This document shows, piece by piece, positions 53,985 through 64,000 of a stretch of 64,000 nucleotides of DNA (position 1 is the stretch's first letter; the number at the start of each line of letters is the position of its first letter). Source of the DNA: Octopus sinensis (lineage: Eukaryota); assembly GCF_006345805.1 (NCBI RefSeq), contig NC_043005.1, positions 61,380,001-61,444,000 of the forward strand, read 5' to 3'. Under the pieces are notes generated by a model that saw nothing but the letters and a program-made list of their open reading frames with translations, did no database searches and was not told the origin of the DNA. Made by a program: the position numbers and the translations under genes.

Positions 53985-55309
53985 CCTATCTTTCTTTCTT
54001 TCTCTCCCACTGAATGTATATACGAAATGATATCGTGTACCAAGCTTTCGCTGCTTCTTTTGCTGCCTAGTAATCGTAAGGCGACATGGTTAGACACTCG
54101 AGAGGGTGTCTATAAATATACATCACTATTAATAGATAGATAGTTAGAAAGATAAATATGCTCACTCTTGTGTGTGTGTGTGTGTGTGCGCGTACGGACG
54201 TGTGTGTGTGTGTGTGTGTCTGTGTGTGTGTATGTACCCATGAGTGAAACAACGAAAAGGTCACTCAACACATTTCGTAAGAATTACATATATATCATTT
54301 AAACAATGTGATTCGGCTCCAGACGACTAAAAGTTTCGCACGTTTAATACAGAAATACAGATCGTTGAGACTCAGGTTACCGAATGAAGAAATACAGGCA
54401 GTCAAAGATGCCAGTGTATATATATATACCACATGTATGAGTGCGTAGATGTGGACGTGTTATTGATTGTATGAGAATGTATATCTGAGGATGTGTGTGA
54501 GAATACGTGTACGTTAGTGTCTGCCGTATTCTCGTGCATACACACACACACACACATCTATACACGTATAACTCTCCTCTCTTTCCTTCTCTCCTCCACA
54601 TCAACAAACATTAGTTCAACAATTCCCACCCCCACCCCAGCCTTGCTCTTTCAGCTACACTAGCATACATCTGTCACGCCTGCACACACATATCAGAAGA
54701 ATGAATATATATATGTATACACACACGCAAACACCTGGCAGAAACACATACACGCGGGTATGTATGTTCTTCCAGATAAACACGCATTCAATCGTCCGTT
54801 TATATGCAAATACATAAATGCACATACTTAGGCGAACACACCCATACATGAACCCTACACACGTTCGCGCATGCACGTCTATACACACACACTCATACAA
54901 CTAATAACACGCTCACATCCACTTTACTTATACATCTGGTATACACACACAAACACACTCTGACCGGCCTTGCTTTCTATCGACTTGCAAGTGGTCCCTT
55001 CATATGCCCACCAGTCTCCGAGGTGTCACCAGCTTCCTGTCCAGCTAGCGGTACGGAAAATTCTCCTTTCTAATGCATGTGGTGTCGCTGTAATGCCGAT
55101 GTCTCTTATAACATCATGTGAACTTCCTTGAGCAATAGCAGCCCATTTTCCAGTAGCCATCTTGAACTTCCTCTAGTTCTCCATTCAGTAATCTGAACCT
55201 CAACGAGTTGGGTTTCAGTAAGAAGCCTGCGAAACTTTCAGGCACATGGAGCTGAATTAAACTATTTTAACTAACAACAACAACAACAACAATAATAATA
55301 ATAATAATA

Positions 55310-55520
55310 ATTTTGTTTTGCCACAAGGGCAGCAATTTTGGTGAAGGGGATGAGTCGATTACATCGACCCCAGTTTTTCACTGGTACTTATTTTATCGAC
55401 CCCGAAATGATGAAATGCAAACTCAACCTCGATGGAATCTGAACTCAGAACGTAGCGACGGGCGAAATACCGCTAAGCTTTTCGTCCTGTGCGCTAACGA
55501 TTCTACCAGCTCGCCACCTT
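55310..55520 (-). mobile_element. SINE family A copy (tail type B)
   Basis: gccacaagggcagcaattt...gagtcgattacatcgaccccag...atcgaccccgaaa...gaactcagaacg...ctaacgattctaccagctcgccacc. Confidence 0.85.
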
Positions 55521-57435
55521 AATAATAATAACAATAATAATAATAATAATGATAATAATAATAATAACAACAACAACAACGTGTCTGTGTATGAGTGTGT
55601 GTATGAGTGTATACGCGTGCGAATGTGCGTGTATTAACACAAATATACATACAGGTAGAAGTGAGGTAGAAGAAACAGATAGCAAAAGAGAGACATATGT
55701 AGAACTGATATGGCGGAAACAACAAAATACTATACATACGCACACATGCACATAGACACACACACACATATATACGCATAAAGCCACATACATAAACAGA
55801 GTGAGAGGCACAGGAAAACATTCAAACAGACCGAGCATTTGTGGCCTGTTATGTCAGCAGCTGTCATTAAAATTTAAAAAATAACTTTCATGTCGTAATT
55901 ATGTATTTCACTCATATTTAAAACTCAACCATTCCAGTCAGGTTGCTTGTCTTTTGATTTTGATATTTTACGTTCTGCTATTACTTTATATGTTAAAACA
56001 TATGTCACAATGACTGCCTGCACAGATATTCTTGAATACTATTTAAAATTTTTTTTTTTATTTTTCATGCATTCGCATGTCGTTTTTTCTTTTGTTCTAA
56101 TCTTGCTTTTGCAGCAAGTTTTCACAGTTTGAAAGATCGTCGTATATAGCTACGCTGTCACAATGATATGGATCAATCGTTTAATACACGCTAACACGCA
56201 GAATATACATATGTGTGGTTCGCTTACACATATCAAGCATACTGTTGCATGCTTGCTACTCACCAGACTATATACGTTTGTATACGGCTAAATCAAACTC
56301 ACCGAAATGCAAATGCACACTGTTATGAAAGAATGCTTGTATACATAGATGCTTGTGTGAAATTTTAGATGTATTTATACTACATAGACGAATATTCTGT
56401 CAATGACAATCTATACTAGGCTAACAAATGAACTAAGCCGCAGGCAGACCAAAACCTTCTAAGTGGATTTGGTAAACGAAAACAGAAAGAAACCAGTTGG
56501 ATGTGTGTGTGCGTGTGTATCTGTGTGTGTGTGTATTTATGTGTGTCTTTGTGTCTGTGCTTGTTCCCCCGACACCATCGCTTAATGACCGCTGTTGGTG
56601 CGTTTACTTCCCTGTAAGTTAGCGGTTCAGCAAAAGAGACCGATGGAATGTGTAATAGGCTTACAAAGAATAAGTTCTGGAGTCGATTTCTTTCACTGAA
56701 ACTCCCTTAAGGTGGCGCTCCAGCATGGCCGCAGTCAAATGACTGAAACAAGGTTAGAAGAATAAAAGAATAGAAAGCTAAACTCCCGAAACTTCGAGGT
56801 CACTTTCATCTATCTTCTAGTAAAATTATAACATAAACGCACACAAATACATGTATACACAGGCACTCACACACATACGCACTCACGCACACACATACAC
56901 ACACACACACACACACTCACATACACATGTGTAAGATTCTTGATGTGAAATCCTCTGTTGAAACAGATAGTTATATTTCGGGATGGATATTTTTTTTTTT
57001 TTTGCCAAATTAACGCCTGCACTATTTATACGTTCTTCATTTCAGCTGTATTTTTGTGTCTTTTACTCCGAAATTTTTCGTCACACATCCTATGACCTTT
57101 TCAGTGAATCACCATCCCACGTGTTTCTTCTGGTTCGGAGGAGCGCATCTGTTGGTATTTCTTAAAGAAACAATGTCTCCCTTCAATCTACAGTAAGATT
57201 TTACATTGTGTTTGCCTCACACATTCAAAAATGCACACCATAATATTTTGCTAGTAGATAGCTTCCATTATTCATTGTGATTTTATGCGCATGATAGGAA
57301 ATATTTTTAGATAGATAGAATAAGAAGTACAAGGCTTACCAAAGTTAAGTTCTAGGGAGCGATTCACTTCACTAAAACCTTTCAACGAATGCCCCGGCAG
57401 GAACGCAGTCTGATGAATGAAATAAATAACAAATA

Positions 57436-58064
57436 AAAGATATTTATTTCTTTATTACCCACAGGAGGCTAAACATAGAGGAGACAAACAAAGAGATTAA
57501 GTTGATTACACCGAGCCAGTGCCTAGCCGGTACTTATTTAATCGACCCCGAAAGGATGAAAGGCAAAAGTCGACCTCGACAGGATCTGAGCTCAGGACGT
57601 AACGGCAGACGAAATGCCGCTAAGCATTTCGCCCGGTGTCCTAACGATTCTTATTTCCTTATTACCCACAAGGGGCTAAACATAGACGGGGCAAGCAAAG
57701 ACAGACAAAGAGATTAAGTCGATTACATCGACCACAGCACGCAACTGGTACTTAATTTATCGACCTCGAAAAGATGAAAGGCAAAGTCACCTCGGTGGAA
57801 TTTGAACTCAGAACGTAAAGACAGACGAAATGCCTATTTCTTTACTACCCACATGAGGCTAAACACAGAGAGGACAAACAAGGACAGACAGACGGATTAA
57901 GTCGATTATATCGACCCCAGTGTGTAACTAGTAATTATTTAATCGACCCCAAAAGGATAAAGGGCAAAGTCGACCTCGGTGGAATTTGAACTCAGAACGT
58001 AACGGCAGACGAAATACGACTATGCATTTCGCCCGGCGTGCTAACGTTTCTGCCAGTTTGACGC
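57436..58064 (-). mobile_element. Second trimeric array of SINE family A
   Basis: Three cores. Junctions at about 57650 (ctaacgattc|ttatttcc) and 57834 (gacgaaatgcc|tatttc). All tails are type A. Confidence 0.9.
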
Positions 58065-58742
58065 GTCGTCTAATGATCCATAAATATGCAAATATTTATT
58101 ATTTCTGAATTACAACTCTACAATATATTTAGGAGAAAACTTGAAGTAATTGAAAACTTTTACATTACTTATATTCAACACACTTTTTAATTCTCTCTCG
58201 CATGGTCTATGTTATCATTTATCATAAGCATTGCAAGACAGACAAAACACAGATACAAATGTACATACGCACACATGAATTGCATTTCTATGTTTATAAA
58301 AGATATATGTGTGTGTTTGTATATGTGTATATTTTTGAGTGTGTAAGTCTTTGGTTTTACTTACGTTTTTTTTTTGCTTTTGTCTATTTTCAATTGGATT
58401 TTTATAAACAAAAGTCTTTCTTCCAGCAATATATATTATGAGAGAAAAAAATGATAAGCGAAATAATGCTTCGCGTCCGCTTGGTTGAAACGAAAGAAGT
58501 AATTTCAACAATTATCTCTCTTGCTCGGTCTCTCTCACATTCTATATTCTAAGTGTGTGATGGTGGGGGTATGCGTGGTGTGTGTGTGTGTGTATGCGAG
58601 TGGTGTATGTTATACATGTTTTTTATACACACACCCTCACATACACGCTTACGTATTATATATGCATATACGCATATATATGTACATACACACGCACACA
58701 CACAAAGTTGTAAATCCAGTATACCTTGTAATCCCGCACTCA

Positions 58743-58784
<42 letters not shown>

Positions 58785-58829
58785 CATGCGCACGCACACA
58801 CACATATATATATATATATATACACACAC

Positions 58830-58846
58830 ACCACACACATACATAC

Positions 58847-58885
<39 letters not shown>

Positions 58886-59206
58886 AATGTGTGTATGTAT
58901 ATACATATATACATATATAAATGTATACATTTATACATACATACATATATGTATGTATGCATGTACATATATATATATATATATATATTCATATATACAT
59001 GTATGTATTTATATATACATATATGGAAATGTCTTTTCAATGTTGCCTTAATATTTAATAATTTGCTTAGAACAGTATCTTCATGTTGTATTTCTAGATA
59101 GAGCTGTAGTTCTGCATTGACGCACACTCACACACTTACACACACATGCAGGCTTTCACACACACACCCATACACATGAATCTCATGGACACATATATAC
59201 ACACAC

Positions 59207-59269
<63 letters not shown>

Positions 59270-59574
59270 AATGTGTGTATGTATATACATATATACATAT
59301 ATAAATGTATACATTTATACATACATACATATATGTATGTATGCATGTACATATATATATATATATATATATTCATATATACATGTATGTATTTATATAT
59401 ACATATATGGAAATGTCTTTTCAATGTTGCCTTAATATTTAATAATTTGCTTAGAACAGTATCTTCATGTTGTATTTCTAGATAGAGCTGTAGTTCTGCA
59501 TTGACGCACACTCACACACTTACACACACATGCAGGCTTTCACACACACACCCATACACATGAATCTCATGGAC

Positions 59575-59600
<26 letters not shown>
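58830..59600 (+). repeat. 384-bp tandem duplication of a microsatellite-rich unit
   Basis: The unique block ggaaatgtcttttcaatgttgcc...gttctgcattgacgcacac starts at 59025 and again at 59409. Only the microsatellite lengths differ visibly. Confidence 0.9.
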
Positions 59601-59625
<25 letters not shown>

Positions 59626-62600
59626 AATACATATATATACACACGTCTGTTTCATTTATTACTTATGTATATATATCTATATATATGTGTGTGTATACAT
59701 ATATACATATATATTATTATATATATATATACATACATATGCACAGACATATATATGTGCATCTATCTTTATATATATACACACACACATCACACATATA
59801 CACATACATATATGCATAGGTGTGTATTTATGCCTACATGGATGTTAATATAATATACATAAAATGCGTTGTCTATACGTTAATATACATGTATTGATTA
59901 AGAAATAATGCTATGTATGATAAACATTTCTAAAATATTTTACTTGAAACTATTGCTAATAACATATTTTAACATATAACATTTGAACACTTCAAACGCT
60001 TGTCGTTTTGGGGTTTTTCTTTGATTCCTTTCACTTAGATACTCATTATTTTTCCCAAACATGATGGCGATACAGTTTATCTTTTTCCATAACAAGTGTT
60101 AAATCTTCAATTTACAGAATCTCTTTGATTCTAAAATTTACTTCATCTAGTTTTTGTTTCTTTGTCAGGTTTTTCCATGTCTTTTTTTTTTTTTTTTCTG
60201 TACGATCGTATATGATCAGGATATACTGATATCTTTCCTTACCGCTAAGCAATGTTAAGTTTTTCACAAATATTATTTACTCGGTGTTGCAGTGAAATAC
60301 TACAATCAGATTATGTCATGTTCACCGCATTTTTCAAGAGCATTTGCGGCGCAGTTTAATTGATTACTACTGTTACTTTGCATCCATGTGGTATCGCGTT
60401 CAATAACTCCACGCAGTAATTTAAGCACGTATACCTGCGACCTGTGGATAACTCCCGCTGCTTTTTGTTCATGTTATGTAGAGAAAAAAACAGTAAAAAT
60501 CTCAAGTATAACGCCCACCCTCCTCTAACGATATCCTGAATAAATAAAACGTGAAGTGGAACTGAATCAAACGATTTCTTCTACAACACATTCATTTTTA
60601 AAAATTCTTACTTGACTATCAGGAAATCCATATTTCACTTAAGATTCTCATGTTTCAGACCTTTCTTACGAAATAATTCTTAACTACTAGCTACAAATAA
60701 TGGCCTGTAATTGCTTGTTTGTCTTCATAGCTTATTCTTCATTTAGTTACACCTTACTATTTTAAATAATAGTAGAACATTGTCATCCCTAAAATATAAA
60801 ATATATATAGTATAATCTTAGTGAGGAAGATTTGTTTATAAACTGCTAGATCAGGGTTAACCTGTAACTAAACATGTAACCAATGATGGAGCTATAAGGT
60901 CCTTAAATCTGCTAGAAATATCAGTAAAATCATTCTCCCATCAAATTATAACACTATAAGAATAGAAGAACGTACTTCATGACATGGTATGCAATAAACT
61001 ATTTCTAGAAAGCAGTTAGAATATCAATGTCAAAGCAGTTAGAATATCAATGATTTGATATTTTTAGGCTGACGCAAATGTTCTAAGTATAGAGCTGACA
61101 CAAATGCTCTCAGTACACTAGGTCTACGTTTATGTAATACTGTGACATGAAAAACCTCATTCCAATATGCAAGGAACTAGTAGGCAAAATTCCCGCTCTG
61201 TGGTGTTCAGATTCTAAAATTACAAGCAAGAGAAATAAGTTTAATGGACATTATAGATGAAGCAAATTAGAATATATCCAGTTTTAACAAATTATTAAAA
61301 GATGTGAATGTCTGTGTATAAGTGCATGCTTGTGTGAACCTGTTTTTTAGTGTAATAATACATTTGCATTTAAATTTTGCAATAGGGGCATGCTGTTGGT
61401 AATATATGTTAAATATATGCCTTGTAATAAAGCAATACTGACCAACTTCATAAATATTCTCCTTCATTCCTTTATATTTTCTTTTAAAATTTTCTCATTA
61501 CAGAAATGTTACTGTTTGTCATCAAAAGCAGCACTAATGAACACTGCAAGAGAGAGGTAACAAACAAGGTTGATCAAATCACATGGCAAGGAATTATTAT
61601 TAGTTGCTGAAAAAATCATTATGCTGCCGAGAATACAAGAAATTAGTATTTAAAGACGAACTGGTAAATTTCATATTTTCTTTGACATTTTTTTTTGTAT
61701 GTTTTTCATATATGTTATTCTTTATTTAAAAAAAAAATTATATGGCGCTTGATACATTGTGAGGTATTTTTAGTCTTGAATATCATGATCACAATACGAG
61801 GATATTCATAATTCAATTATGTATAATTTCTCATTCTGCTACATGTTAATTTGGAGAATGTGTAGTCTGAGAAAGCAATTATGGAATACCTATAAAAGAG
61901 AGTGCAAATTAGAATGTAGAAACACTACAACATCATATAATGCATTATGATTATAATACACGGTTATATGGTTTAAATGTATTGTATGATAAGATCTGGA
62001 AAGATATAACAAGTTGTCTCATATATTCAATATAATGTAAATGGGGTTTTGATTAAATTGATTTCAAATCATATCATGCTTATGGCATATGCAAATATAA
62101 CGACAGCAAAGTATATTTGAGAGTTAACTCAAAGTGACAGACTATTTATTAAACATGGGATCTGATTGAGTAAATTAAATTAATCATTACAATATAAAGA
62201 GAATAAAGGCGGACCTTAGACAAAAGCCAGATTGGTAAACAGGTAAAATTATAAGGTATATTCATGTGCGATGAGCAGAAGAAATCTCTTACATTTCCGA
62301 CGGCTTTTCATATCCTGTAAAGTCAAATAACAAATATCTACATGTATGATTATTAATAATCAATGAAAAGGTCAAGTGGGCGAATAAAGCAAGAGGTCAG
62401 CGGTTTAAAGCCATGTCACAAGCTCTGAGGTGGGAATTTCGCAATTTCATCGTTTCGTTTAACTTTCATTTCTAATCTCAAGCCCCGTTAGCAAAACTTT
62501 AGCGAAATAGCGTTATTGCACTAAGAAACACGTTCACACACATACACGTTCCGGCAATGAGGAATGTTTAGTGAAATATAATTTATGTTTCTCTGAAAGG

Positions 62601-62952
62601 TGTACTTTGGATTTGGGTCGCTAATCTGAAGAAATGACGCAAGAAATATATAATTAAGAAGCTGTCTAATTAACTAACTGGTCATCGGCGTTGTCATTAC
62701 GAAACCTCATCCTAATGATTGTTATTATTAATCATCCTCCTCGTCTTCGTCGTCGTCATTGTCTCCATCACTACGAGCAGCAGCAGCAGCATCTTTCTTG
62801 TTGTCAGCGTCGTCGTCATTATCATCAGCAGCACCAGATGTAGCGACGACTTCTCTTTCTGCTTCTTTATCATCATCTGCGCGATGTGAGTCTTTCTGGT
62901 TCCCGGCTTTGAACTTGTTCCATGCTGATGCGTCGACAGTGTAATTTTAGTC

Positions 62953-63416
62953 CTGTGCTCCACATCCTTTGGTTTTTTCACATGAGGTACACTTATATCC
63001 TTTTCAAAATTCAGCGGCACACCTGAACTAAAGATATGTTGTTGTTCCCTCTCGAGCGACTTTTCTGGTTCATTAGGACCTGGTTTCCGCCGGTCCATCG
63101 AAGGTGAGCTGCAAGATGCAAAAGGAAAGAGTGAGAGAAAGTTGTGGCGGAAGAGTCAGCAGATGTTCGTCATTACCTTCTACCGGAGTCGCGTGAAGTG
63201 TTAGGCGTTTCGCTCATAAACACACACATCGCCTGGTCTGAGATTCGAACCCACGATCCCTCGACCACGAGTCCGCTGCTCTAACTACTAGGCCATGTGC
63301 CTCCACGAACTAAAGATACAGCGGGGAAGGGAATTATTTTCAGGTTACACCGCGGCACACTTAGCATCGTCTCGTGACACGCCAGTGTGCCGCGGTATAC
63401 TGGTTGTGGACCACTG
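62953..63416. mobile_element. hAT (Charlie-like) MITE containing a nested SINE
   Basis: TIRs ctgtgctccacatcc (62953-67) and ggttgtggaccactg (63402-16) match at 12/15. 8-bp flanks ttttagtc / atctagtc match at 6/8 (hAT-size TSD). Internal perfect 13-bp inverted repeat accgcggcacact (63349-61) / agtgtgccgcggt (63384-96). Confidence 0.7.
63037..63306 (-). mobile_element. SINE family B copy with 12-bp TSD, nested in the hAT MITE
   Basis: gaactaaagata at 63025-63036 and 63307-63318. Head ggcacatggcctagtagttagagc, B box gggttcgaatc. The tail is shared with the 52030-52260 copy (gacggaccggcg...cttatgag...tcgagaagg). Confidence 0.88.
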
Positions 63417-64000
63417 ATCTAGTCAACCTCAGTTAACCCAGTACCTATGTCCGTCTGGCACTAACGTTTTCAAACATTTTTTTTTTAACTAGGACGTTAA
63501 AGGAGTAAACAGATTTAACCCACAATGAATAAGCAGCACAAGGAATTTTGTTTGATGCAATAAATCTCAGTAATCCATTGCCGACTATATCCATATTCCC
63601 ACCCACTAATGTGCGAGTATAGACGTATGTGTGTGCGTATGTGTGTGTGCGTGTGTGTGTGTGTGTGTATGTGTGTGTGCGCGTGTGTGTGCTCTTACGT
63701 CTATGCGTATGTATGTGCGCGTGTGTTCATATGAATGTATGCATATATATGTGTATATATACATATATATATATATACACACATATTTATATATATATAG
63801 AGTGATATAAAACAAATTCATTTATTCATTCTCTCTCTCTTTATGTACATATGTATATACATACATACACACACATGTATGTATGTATATATGTATTTAT
63901 ATATATATATATGTGTGTGTGTGTATAATATACATATATGTACGTTATATATATGTACATATATATATATATACTATCCATTTATGTATTACATATATAT

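Noticed and set aside
61500-62320. Isolated minus-strand splice-like signals (acceptors near 61544 and 62313) and paired AGGTCA half-sites near 62369-62399
   Set aside because: They do not chain into a consistent reading frame and are expected by chance in AT-rich DNA.
62712-63098. 128-aa ORF with a strong upstream acceptor, first taken for a terminal exon of a host gene
   Set aside because: The acceptor and N-terminal codons lie inside a SINE (12-bp TSD), the middle is a hAT MITE and the end is a trinucleotide-rich tract. The alternative acidic frame is closed by a stop within the MITE TSD.

Overview
AT-rich eukaryotic DNA packed with microsatellites and transposable elements. The (TA)n, (CA)n, (AGAT)n and (TAA)n tracts and the tRNA-derived SINE families resemble a coleoid cephalopod (Octopus-like) genome; the taxon is my inference. 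I found no convincing host protein-coding exon, so the window looks intergenic or intronic, and most listed ORFs are translated microsatellites or repeats. Real coding remnants are all TE-derived: an open Penelope-like element (PLE) RT plus GIY-YIG frame (1-2061, running off the left edge), a second truncated PLE (26825-27574), the 3' end of an L1/Tx1-type LINE (37300-38349, minus), a restriction-like-endonuclease LINE fragment (about 53725-53930) and a mariner deletion derivative. There are also dozens of SINE copies from at least three families and several MITEs. Main observations: (1) the 3' tail of one SINE subfamily matches the 3' end of the L1/Tx1 LINE at 35/42 nt; (2) that subfamily forms head-truncated multimers with the same junction at three places, suggesting insertion into its own head; (3) a minimal type-I hammerhead ribozyme fold with a U3-A8 core variant at 21341-21413; (4) the PLE protein carries two long low-complexity insertions; (5) a perfect 44-bp palindrome. 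All alignments and folds were done by eye, and repeat boundaries are approximate unless a TSD or TIR is given.
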